The notes under the pieces: model-generated
Databases searched by the model: none
The model's input: only the letters and a program-made list of their open reading frames with translations
Told to the model about the DNA's origin: nothing
In this document: piece after piece, positions 24,344 through 36,600 of the stretch
How the letters are laid out: every line of letters starts with the position of its first letter
Numbering within the stretch: position 1 is the first letter of the stretch
Assembly (NCBI GenBank): GCA_973895155.1
Contig: OZ316893.1
Span: 1 to 64,000, forward strand
Source: Marsupella aquatica
Taxonomy: Eukaryota; Plantae; Marchantiophyta
DNA length: 64,000 nt
Direction of reading: 5' to 3'
Position numbers and translations under genes: made by a program

Positions 24344-25845
24344 GTCGTCGTTGTAGTATGTTGGCAGGCATATATTTCTGTTGCTCCCGACATTTGCAGA
24401 ATTTTAAGATACTCGTACCAGTTGATAGTGGGAGTTGTAGACAACGTTCCTTTGGAACTCACAGGCACTTCTAGCTCGTTCATCAGCGGGCCAGCAAGCC
24501 AGCCAGCCACGCCGTCGTCAACTGAGAGAGGTAATTCAATTTCTCCGTGAACCTTGTGCATTGATAAAAATGACACTGCTATCTTCCCTCACTCTTGCTC
24601 AGCTAAAGACCGGGAAATATATAGGGGGGTCATTTCTACCTGAAGCTTTTGAATTGATAAACGGTAATCCGTCTGTGCTCTCTCGATCCCCTGAATCTTG
24701 CTTTGACAAACAATGCTTGTTTCTCGGGGTGCAATCTTGGTTTGGTTGAAGACGAAGATGACGTTTACTTGTGGCAAGCACATCATGCATCATTTGAATT
24801 GCGGCTTCGTCTGCTGCCTTTTTGTCCCTTTTCCTTATCCTGTGGAGGATTTCCCTGTAAATGAGGACCAAGCGTGCGTTGCTGGGTTCGTTGGTGGAAT
24901 AACAAAAGAGAAAGGGAGAGACACGGGACAATTTGTAGATATCCTGTCCTTGAGTCACTCATGCCCTACGGTCGTGTTTCTGTTTCTCGATTGTGGTCTT
25001 GCTCTGTCTGACTCTTACCTGGTTGAGCTTTCTATCGAATTCCCCTACTTCCCTGGACTTTGTAATTTTATTCAACAGCAATTTATTCTCTCCAGTTGCA
25101 ATAGCTGCATCCAGATCCTTTCAAAGATCGCATACTCGTTTTGGGCTGCATTAGATTTTAGGCTTTCTTGTGCGAGTATGCCTACCAGTCGAGCTCCCAG
25201 TTCTTTGTTTGTTGGACTAAGTCCGACGCAAGTGATACTGATCTTCCCCGGCCAGTCTTTCGATTTCTTCCTTGAGGGAATTGTGTAAAACGAACAGTAT
25301 TTTGCTCGCGGAATGCTGCAGCAGAATCTTTGGTGGGTATATGTCTGGTGCTGGAAATTTCATTGCCTCTAGGTCAATGTACAGGAATTGGAGTGTAATC
25401 AAACGACAAACTGAGAGGTCTGTGTGTCATCTATGTGGTCTTTGGCAGTCTGTGACGCTCTTGTCTTCCTTCTTCCGTGTCTTCGGTCTGTCTGTGGAAT
25501 TGACGATGTTTAAGCCCGACATGCTGATTGAACTGAGGTCATTTGCAATAGCAATTTCTTGATTTTCCCCTTGTAAATTGACTTGCATTGAAATCGTGGT
25601 GCTTCAATCCTAGTCTACTTCTAATCTTCTTCCGTAACAGCCTTTCTCGGGCAGCCTTTTGTAGTAGTATTCAACCAACGAGCACCTGCACGAGAAACTG
25701 AGAAAGTGCTGTGGATGAAGTACTGTAGTTGATTAGATGCTTCTGGGAGTTTGCAATAATTGTCCAAACTTGTCCAAACCCACTTCACCACAATGAAAAC
25801 AATGTAGATAAGCGTGAAATCTTGGCAGCTCTCTAGACAATCTCA

Positions 25846-26169
<324 letters not shown>

Positions 26170-27401
26170 TTATAAATCAAATCTTCTCCCCACACTTCAG
26201 GGACTTTGCAATCTGTTCCAACGCAAAGGACCCTGGTGAGCTCAGCTCAACTCAGTGGGGCCGCAGCATAAGTAGAAGGTCCTTCATTGATCTTCTAGCT
26301 CCCAACACTTCAGGCACTTTGCATGAGTCTCGTCGTAGTAGTACGTACCCGTAAATTGTGGCGCTTGATTCAATTGTTGAGTTATATGGCATTCTGGAGC
26401 TTTACTTCTCCTTCTCAACAAGCGGGGTTGCACACCAACTTTGCCACAACACTTGCTACCACCCATCAACAAGCTAGTTGATTTTGAGCACAACCTTTAC
26501 ATGGTATGCTTCTTAGTTGGTATTTTTGAAATGTCTTTTAATTGGAAGTTCACACCCATTGATTCAGTCCTTAGATTGATTTTTGGTAGGGTGCAGCTCA
26601 TATAGAATTAGTGATACAATGATTGTTTCTTTCACGTTCCTAACCTCACAGAGTTTACTTTAGTCTCTTTTGGATACCCTGTTACAATCTACAAAGTAGT
26701 TATTTGCTTTTAGGTAAACATTTGTCTTGCATGTCATTTGTACTTTGCTAGGTTGGAAGTCTAAATGCTAACACTTTGGCAACAATAGGTTCCAGTTTCC
26801 TATGTTAAATGTGTACAGTCAGAAGGGAGCCAGAGTATATTCTTAAGGGCTTTTGTTCTTCAAGGACTTACTGCAAGCAAGTGAAACTTGTTAGTTAAGT
26901 ACAAGCTCATTTTGGCATTAATTTGATGTTTGTTTGCAATCAGCTCAAGTTGCTACGTGGAGCCCCAAATACTAACCTAGAAGTTGGGAAATCATACTTG
27001 AATTTCGTTTATTTTCTCTAAGGTGAGTTCCTACTATCATTTATTTGTTTTAAGTATAATTCATGAAGGACATGGAAAAATAAAATAAAGCAAAGAAAAT
27101 ATAAGTATTTTAAAACAAATATTGACTATATTTTTCTACTTATTATCTTATGAATTTGCCTAACATATGTATTATAAAACTAAACAATTGACTTTATTTT
27201 GAAATATATATCTGGCATGCTTTTCTGATTATTGTTATTTAATAGTTCCAGATAGTTTGGCCGGAGATATGTATTTTGAAATATGTATCTGGCATACTTT
27301 TCTGGTTATTGTTATTTAATAGTTCCAGATAGTTTGACTGGAGATATGTATTTTGAAATAAATATCTGTATAAATTAAAGTATGTTTTTGGAATTTTTCA
27401 G

Positions 27402-28844
27402 ATGGCAAAACGAAAGTTTTGGAAAGTGAACAAACAAATGAAGGAAGATGGCAAATATGAGTATGAGAAAATGAAATTTGCAATGGACGTTTTCATTCAA
27501 ATTTTTTCAGCGATCATGATATTGCATCCACGTTCACAAAAGTTTGCCATGTTATTTCTTCTTCAAGAAGATAATATTTTTCAAGCATTTGTACAAAATG
27601 TATTGAATATTAAACATACTGTATCGAAAGCAATGATATATAATGCTTACTATAGATTTAAAGAAATTGGACCACCAAAAACCTTTACTTCTTGCGCATG
27701 GGAGAATATCTGTGATATTCTCGATCATCATTATTCTTTAGATTCAGTACCCTATAGTATAAGAAAATACATCCATTTTCTTAGGTCATCTACCTATATT
27801 GAAGAGTGTGTAAAAAGAGAAAAAAATATGCTAGAGAAAAAAGAAATGGTGTTTGAAAAAATTATTTCCCAATTTTGGTGGGGAAATGTGAATCCAATGG
27901 AATTAGTGCAAGGATTTTGGGGAAGAGTTGATGATGAAGGTGAATGTTTTTATCGCTTAGAATTAGAAAAAACATTACAAATACTTTCTAGAAGAAAAAA
28001 CAAAGGGAAAGAAATTGAAATTGAAGAGGCACCTATATATAGGGAGCTTCCAATTTCTTACGTTGAAATCCAAAAAACAAAACAGGTTACGGAGATCTAT
28101 GATAAAATCTCAAGTGAGCTAGTGGGTATCCATATTCGCCCTAAAGATGTTCATAAATCTTTTACTATATTGATACGAACTTATCTTAAAGATCTTTTTT
28201 GTGCTCATCCAAGTTCAAAAAGATCTAAAACTAGAGCATCCTATATGAGTGAAATGGTGGGGTTCGGTCCATTTCACCATACATGGACACCTGGAAAAAA
28301 TGTTACATCTTTCTACACTCATAGTAATAAGTTAGTAAAAGCTTCAAAACCTTTAAAAGATTTTGGTAGATTTATTGATCGATTTGCACATGGGGCTGTG
28401 GTAGAAATTTTAATGTCTATGTGGTTTAGATATTATCCTACGTTATTACATACTTTTCTTAGATGTTGTAACCCTTACTTAGAAACTTCCCAATATATTA
28501 AGGAAGGTGTTGAGATACCATTTTTTGATAAGCACATGAAGAAGGGACCTCCTGCTTATCAACTATTCATTACTAGAGATTATTGTTCACGTTTTCATGT
28601 GGACAATGATAGGACAGAGTGGACACTAGCATATACTAGTCACCCTGATGAACATATTTCACCAGTTGATTTTGTATTTGCCAAACATGGATTTATATTA
28701 CCTTTGCATAATGGTGATTTATTTGCATTCAAAGGCAAACATCTCCATGGTATGGCTTTTAGAAAACCAACAGAAAATCCTGCATATATTGCAGCTTTAG
28801 TTATGAATAGTGGCTTAGGACAATTATTAAATAGAATAGAGTAA
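27402..28844 (+). CDS. TET/JBP-like 2OG-Fe(II) dioxygenase, copy 2 (480 aa), preceded by a probable 5'UTR intron 27023-27401
   Basis: FHVDND (His at 28596)...FVFAKHGFILPLHNGDLFAFKGKHLHGM (His at 28746). Same 50-aa His spacing as copy 1 and alignable to it at both ends. TTTCAG|ATG acceptor. Confidence 0.72.
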   Translation: MAKRKFWKVNKQMKEDGKYEYEKMKFAMDVFIQIFSAIMILHPRSQKFAMLFLLQEDNIFQAFVQNVLNIKHTVSKAMIYNAYYRFKEIGPPKTFTSCAWENICDILDHHYSLDSVPYSIRKYIHFLRSSTYIEECVKREKNMLEKKEMVFEKIISQFWWGNVNPMELVQGFWGRVDDEGECFYRLELEKTLQILSRRKNKGKEIEIEEAPIYRELPISYVEIQKTKQVTEIYDKISSELVGIHIRPKDVHKSFTILIRTYLKDLFCAHPSSKRSKTRASYMSEMVGFGPFHHTWTPGKNVTSFYTHSNKLVKASKPLKDFGRFIDRFAHGAVVEILMSMWFRYYPTLLHTFLRCCNPYLETSQYIKEGVEIPFFDKHMKKGPPAYQLFITRDYCSRFHVDNDRTEWTLAYTSHPDEHISPVDFVFAKHGFILPLHNGDLFAFKGKHLHGMAFRKPTENPAYIAALVMNSGLGQLLNRIE

Positions 28845-31104
28845 ATTAGATATGTTTCAGGTATCATGAAACAAACTTTAATGTATCTTTTTAGAAACAA
28901 TTATGAAATTTATTAAATATGTATTTAATATTTGGACCAATTTAGTTTAGGATTGTAATTGTAATATAAATACTTATGTTTGACAAAATCTTTATGTATA
29001 TTGACTTACTTTAGAAAATAATTTACAACTCTTATAGCTCTAGAAGTTAATAGGCCTAGGGTAGAGTAGGTAAAATCTATAAGGCAAAACTAACACACCC
29101 AAATAAATCAAAATTATCCCACCTTATGTAGATAATTTGCGTAGCCAGAGGCCTTTATTGGGTCAGCCTACTCAGGCACCAACTATATATGCAGCCCAAA
29201 TGCCAACTCTACAGTCCAAATAGGTTAATTGGCTAGTTAATGCTACAAACTTTCCATGACCTTGGGTGGAGGGTTTGAAGACCTTTGGTGGAGGGCTTGA
29301 AGGGGTTTAGGGAGATTTAAACCAAGGAGAAGTAGGGCAAGTTTCGGGATGTGTTTGTATTTCAGGTGTCTGATGCTCATAATTAGACCATCCTCAGTCC
29401 AAGCGGGGACATTAAAACTCTCCTTCTCAATTAAAAGCCTGTGATGCAGCAGGCTATGAATGGGCTATGACCATAGAAAACACATTAGAAATTGTCAGAA
29501 TTGCAAATCAAAGACAATGTCCAACGTCATGGTTGTAAATCAACGTTGTTTTTAGGCACAAAATAAGCATCAACTCTGCGCTGCCCTATCCTGTGCTTTA
29601 CTGCTCTCCATCCATGGCCGTTCTCAATTGAAGAAGCATCGAGACGATCAACCCAGATGTTTAGAGAAAAAGGAGGCATACTCTGTACTATGATTACTGC
29701 TTCTTTATTACCGGTCGACTACTGTCAATCCATATTTGATGCTACATGTTTTGCAGCACAAGAGCTCTCCTTAGGGTCACTGTTTGTTAGTGTCATCCAT
29801 GCCTCCCGGGTAGTAGATGTGCTGTGTGTTGATCTCCTGAACGGGGCGCACATTTGGCATAAGCCGCAGGAACATCACAAACCAAAAGTCCGTCATATCA
29901 TTTCGATTGCACCAATTTCATTTGATCAGGGTTAACTCTTCAATTTGATAACAGGCTCCATAACTACCAACCAGAAGCCAAGTGTCAATCTCTTCTTGTG
30001 AAAAACAAGTGAATGCTCACCTCAAGGGTCTTGCCGTCTCCACGACTGTAGCGTGGGCAGAGTGGTAGTAAATTTTGGCAGAGACATCCACGGTTCCTCG
30101 TCGATGTCTACGGAGCTCTGGTTGGCTCCCTCGCTGCATTTGTTCCATTCTCTAGACAACTCTCCCTAGTGAGCAGGCCCATTGGGCCCTTCACTATAAT
30201 CTCATTCGATATCTGGACCGACACAAGACCCCCCAAAAATCAATGATGTGTGGAACCACTATGGCATTGAACTCGAACCGAGCTTTGATGGTGAGTACGC
30301 TCTGCAAAGTCTGAAGAAAAGAAGTTTACTGTGAATGTACCTGATTTGGTCAGCACAGATTGTAAACCAGATGAAAATAGCCCCGAGAGGTTGGACTGTC
30401 GGACAGGGGCCGGGGGCTGTCGTCTCTTAATGCTCTCAAAATTGTTTCACTCTTTGGTGAATTATAGGTGAAGCAAGATACAACACAGAGTCCTCAAGAG
30501 TATTTTGAGCCTGGTCCAATGTGAGCTGGAAAATCGCTTGGTTCCGTGGGGGCAAAGTAGAGTAATGTTATTAGTTAATAGAGGATTTAGACGGTTATCA
30601 TATGCTTCAATTGTTACGAGCTTATTTGCATTAGACAAGCACAAAGAGAGCGTTGCAAATGGTCTCTCGCTTAATTCTTTGGCAAAAACAGAGTCAATTT
30701 TGACTATCATATATTTTATTCTGAGGTTTGGTTTTGTTCTCTCTCAATGCGTGATCATCAATGGTTTGATTCACCTTTGACGGTTGTTTCACGAAGACGA
30801 TTGAAAGTTTATGTATTGAGGTGAATGTGGCAACCCCAATTGCTCTACAGATCTGGTATTCTGCTGAAGAAACCATTCATGCCGTCAAAACCTGACAAGT
30901 CACAAGTTTAGGGTCATCATTTATTTTGGTACTGTTGTGAATGTCTGTTTCAAGGAGATTACAATTGAATTTGCTCTCCTGACACAGCAACTGAAGCGCA
31001 ATATATATATTCCTAGATTAGTTGATCTTGAACGCAAAAGTCTCCTTTTTGGATAGCCTACATGTTCAAATGAAACAGAAACAAAGGGTACGTAGTTTGA
31101 GACT

Positions 31105-32452
31105 CTAGATCATAGACCCTTGCTCTGGGCACTGCGGCTGAGACAAAGCAGGCTTAAGGATGAAGTCGGTGATGATCTCCAGAATGAAGGATTGCCTGTC
31201 TTTACCAGCGGGTAGAATGGCCCCGAGATGCCCATGATCCCTGAAGATAGCCTGAGACAATACCCTGCACAGATTCCAACCGCTATTTGACCGCCAATGT
31301 AGAATGGCACCTGTGGTGTACAGCATTGCAATTGACCCCTGGGTTTAGTGCAATCCATCATCTGTTGTTGATTTGACTTGATCTCGATCCTCTACGACCC
31401 CGTACCCAACTTCCACTAAAGAATATGCTTGATGGAAAGATTGCTTATCTAGGCAAGCATTCTGGCAAAAGCACTCACATCTTTCCAGGGAAAATGCCGC
31501 ACAGTTGCAAAGGCAACGGTGACCGAAGGATTCAAGTGTGCACCTGAAATGTGACCCACTGCATATATCATGTTCATGACAACAATCCCAAAAGATAAAG
31601 ACATGCCCACATGCGTCACGGCTCCATTGATCGAGCTTCGCATCCACTACCGCAGATCCACAATCAGTGAACACCAGGATGAAAGTAGCAATGATTTCTG
31701 CTCCAACCTGCTTCAATACAAGGATTTCTCCTGGTTAGCTGGTGAGATTGGCCGTTGGCATTGTTCTCCTCAAGGGATGTGGTCTTCACTCACTTATTGC
31801 ATTGACCCCATTGAGGATGTCTACGTTCAGATTCATTTCGTTCGTATAAGCTTCAAAGGAATGTTATTTAGCTTCCCAACAGCAATACTGCGGACAGTAT
31901 CACAAGCTCCCAAGTATTAATCGGGATTAATTACAAGGACTTATGTGAGGACTGGGTAGAGGGGTCCATGACATTCATTTGAAACTTTTAAAAAAGCCTG
32001 TAGTAGTCCTCACCGAGAAGTTCGGAGCGAGTGCTTTCAATGCAGCATGCAAGCCAAAAAAGATTAATGTGCGAGGAAGAGGTTCCAAGATGTGGTAATT
32101 GCCAAAAAGATGAGAGATCTTGAGAAACTATGCTACTACAAAAACAAGCTAGCATAGTACAGAGATGAAATTTATCAGTGTGCAACCGGTAGTAGGAACT
32201 TACCTTTCGCATAAGACATGTATATGGCAATTTCAAGGATCCCAAATATCCACACCCTGGTTGTTCGTCTGCGAGAGGCATATCGACGGTCTGGTCAAGG
32301 GGAGAATTCTCAAATCGCTGGCTCAATGACGGATGTTTTGCTGCAGCAGGAGGAACGTCAGTTGGAACACGGGTATCGTTCCCCAACACATAATGGTCCT
32401 TGGCTTGCAGTTTTGCTCTTCCTGCCATCTGGTCGTTCGAATGATCTGCCAT
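31105..32452 (-). pseudogene. NIP-subfamily aquaporin pseudogene (5' exons only)
   Basis: VGAEIIATFILVF, MIYAVGHISGAHLNPSVTVAFATVRHFPWK, VPFYI. Introns retained; frameshifts; second NPA box absent. Confidence 0.9.
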
Positions 32453-33643
32453 TTTTCTGGCTGCAAACAGATTGTCGTCTGCTTACAAGTAGTTCTGGCA
32501 CCTGCAGCACGTACGTACCGGCACCTAACGATGATCCTCTACCGTTACATACATTGACATCCTTAATTGGAAGGAGCCAGACAGTGCAGCAACCCCACTA
32601 CTGTGAACTTGTTAACCCGTGAAGAAGTAATTCTGGCTCGTTCAACTTGGGATGTCAGAACAGGACTGCAATATAGGTCATGCACATGCGTGCACAATTG
32701 TAAGAGAGCAACGATGAAGAAAGCTGAAGCTTCATTGATTGCGGAATCCCACAAATCGATCACCACACAAACCTATTCTCTAATGAGACAACCAGTCATT
32801 CTCAATCCTGATATCTCTCACACTAGCACACTTCGCCCCTTGTAACATTCGATTGTGCTGACAGGTCTAGCTAGGCAGCAAGTATCACAATCACCACTTC
32901 CACATTTGTGACTTCTAGTCGGTCCCTCCCTCTGTCTGAGACCATAAAACTTAGCATGTAGACCCCAGTTGCCACCATGATTTCACAACCCTTCTATATT
33001 CCCAACCTCTGTCAGCCCTTGCACTCTCTAGCTCCATTTGGGACCCTTTTTGAAAAGTGGGAACAAAGATTGAAGACTACTTCTGCCCCCCTTGGGGCCT
33101 CTCTCCTCGACCAGTGAGAAGAAGGACAAGACAAAGTTTAGGGTGGAGAATGAATACTGCACATCAAAGCACCGAGAGGGGGGGGGGGGGAACGGAGCAG
33201 AGAAATAAACTCAGTGATTTAGTTTTCACAGGCCTGCCAAGGCAAGATGCATGAAACAAGCTCTCTAATACCATGATGAATTTTGAATACTTTACTCAAC
33301 TTGATCATCCCACGTAAAGTTAACAAGAAATAGCTTTGCCCCAAACTGACTCCTAAGTCACAAAATAGGAGTAGGAAATAATCTGGGTCTAACAAAGCAT
33401 ATCCTATTTAAACTTCAAACAGCTAGAGAGAGCTGACCTGCATGCCAATGTGATCTACATTAAGAAACCGAAGCTAAAGTATGGATCTCTCCCCTGAAAC
33501 TTTCCCACCGAACACCATACTTCCATCTAAGTAGTCTGATATTCATTTCACCCTTCATCTCCTGAACTTCACTTTTGAAATCTTCCAAGTAATTTACCAC
33601 ACTGTCCGGCCTCTATAAGAATTCTTCTCAATTCTCTGATTGA

Positions 33644-36600
33644 TCACCGAAATTCAGGATACTTGATCCTCACAATGGTTGCTACAAGACGCATAAAATT
33701 GTTGCCCAGAGCCTCAGGACTTGTAGACACAACCCATTCACACAGCTCCTGGTCACTTTTCCCTTTGATTTCAGGAATTGCTCGGAATAAATCGCTCTGT
33801 ATGTTATCAAATCGCCATGCCTTCCACACAAAAAGCCGCAATCTCTCTCCTGATTCATCTTCACACTGATCTCCATACAGCCCTTCATGAAATCTCATCC
33901 CACTAGGCTGGTGTGGGAAGTGACACTTGAAACAAGTGTCTGGTCGAGAAGGAAACTTGTTATCGCAATTTGCACGGTTGTGTGTTCCTAGACACTTCAC
34001 ACATCGTCCCCGTACATAAGGACATTGCAAAATACCATGAGGAACACTCTTTGAGAGGGGACTCCAACACATCAAGCACTTTTTCCTATCCCCAGCAAAT
34101 TTACGGATGATACAAATCTTATTCATGGCTTCGTCAATTCTTTGTTTGATGAGTGTTGGTCGAGCTCTTGCCACAACCGTGGTTGTGGTTCCTTTGCCTT
34201 GGGATGATCCGAGTGATGATGCTGGTGTTGTTCTTTCACCTGGTGCTGTAACCCTAACACTCTGTCCTCCTTGTATGTTTTGGGAGATGCTCCCCTGAGA
34301 TACAATTTCAACCACTTCTGACCTAGCTTGTGATAATTCTTCGGCCTCATATTCCATTGGTAGTTCCTGATTGTCTGCTGCTTGGGAGCATATGTCACAA
34401 GGAATTGCATCCGGGATGAGGTAACACATCTGTGGCTTACCATCAACGCTAGCATGTAGTGCAAAGCGACGACACATTTTTGTCTCCTCAATCCATTTGT
34501 TTGGAATCTTGAAGTTGGAGTCCATCCTCAAGGCCTCATTGCGGTAGCTGGAGTTAGAAACAACAGTGCTTATTGCTAATAAACCATCACGCCCAGCTCG
34601 GCCAGATTCCTGATGAAATTGCTCAAAGGACCTGAAATTACCTCTGTGAATTACAAGTCTGATTGACTTGTAATTATAGCCAGAACCAATGACCCCAGTT
34701 GCCACCATGATTTCACAACCCTTCGACTCCCACTTCTTCAAGGTTTTCACGGTGTCTGCTGTGCTACATCCTGCATGCAAAAATGTACAGCACAAGTTCC
34801 TGGCTTCGAGTAGCTTTGCCATCTCTTGGACTTCATCTCTTGTTAGGCAATAGACAATGGCCCGGTCATGAACCAGGCTAGATCTCTTCCAATCTTGAAG
34901 CTGTCTAACTATTTCTCCATCCATGTCAGGCACTTCCACAACCATGTATCGGATGTTTGGCCTAACAGTAGAAGAACGAACCCAATGTAATCTTGAACCC
35001 AAAGTCAGTTCGATATCAGATTGTTGTGTGGGTGGTAATGTCGCTGTTAATCCTATAATTTGACAGGGAACTTTCATTAGAGAAATCAGATTTCTCATTT
35101 TTGGACGGAAATGACACTGTAGTGTATGAATCTCATCAAAAACAATCGAATGCAATCTTTGTGTAGCTTGCAAGTGGTTTGCAAAGACACCAAATGTATC
35201 TGAATCAGCTGCAGTCACGATAGATACAAAAACAATTGCAGGTGTTACTCCTATCCCGAGTGCAAATCCACTTGTAAACACAGTGTGACCAATTCCTGCT
35301 TTTCTGCATTCAGATAAGTGACCCGATATGAGAGATTTGAATGGGACTACCACAATCACTGTTTTGTCCATCAATGTGGAAGGGGCCATGAAAATCAATG
35401 ACTTTCCTGTTCCAGTGGGAAGTACAGTTACAAAATCCACAGTGTTTTCAATAGCCAAAGCAACAGAGATTGCTTGTTCAGTTGACCTCCACCTTTTGTG
35501 ACCCAACTTGTGTAGAGCTATGGAAGCTCTTATACTTGTGTCGTGACAGATGTGCAGTGCCGAATCAACATCTCCCACAACTGATGTTGATGGTTCTCCA
35601 TAGGCAGGGCAATAAACAACCCTTGTCTTGCTTGGAACATGATCAATTTCAAGCTCAATGTCATGACGTGGACGTAGAACAGTAGTGGTTCTTGGAAAAG
35701 GATCTAGTGTGACTTCCCTGCAACCTGTTGTTGAGCTATCCAGATGAATCAATCTTGGGGACTTATCCGAAAGATTAAGCAATGCATGCCACTTATCTGT
35801 AAATATTCGGAATGCTCTCAAGAGATGTCCATCAATAGCTCTTAAATCTTTTACACTTTGAGCATAATGATGTCCCATTGTAGCTGTTGTATGTCCACCT
35901 GCCACATCTACAATATCATCAAGATCTTGAGTGCGTTGGTCTCGAATCTTTTCTGAAAAAAATGCTGCTAGGTGTCGGTATTCTGAAAGCCCGAATGTGA
36001 CTCCACAACGCTTAAAGAAATTGTTGTGTATGCTCTTGGAAAGATCATGTGCATCTTGCTTTTTATCCATATCAACGAACCAACAATCATCATAATTACG
36101 GGCAACCTCCTTTCCCCATATTTTCTGTGCAACATAAGATTGTGTAGGCCTCACCAAACAAAAGTATACCAGAAACAGAGTTCTTAAAGAACTTGGAAGA
36201 AACCGTATAAGTGGTTTCATTGGAGCACCTGTATTTGCACCTTTATGATAGGTTTGAAAGAGCGCTATTGTATGATGCTCTAACAATTTTGTTGTTGGAT
36301 CATCATCTGGGCCTGCTGTTGCCCAATAAAATGACCTCTCGCTTGTGGCTGTGTTGCGAATCAAGAAACTGTTGTACTCTTCGCCCCTTGCTGGTAGACC
36401 GGCAGTGAAATGTATAAGCAGATTCAATTTTTCTTGTAAATCAGAGCAAGCAGTCATCCACTTATAAAGTGTGATATCATTCCAAATGACATCATTTCGA
36501 TCTGTCCGCCCGAGAATAAAGTGTCCTCTAATCTTAGGATCAACAAACAAGTGTGTTAGTAGATCGAGGCCATGTTGCTGAAGAATCCGGTTGCGAGGAT

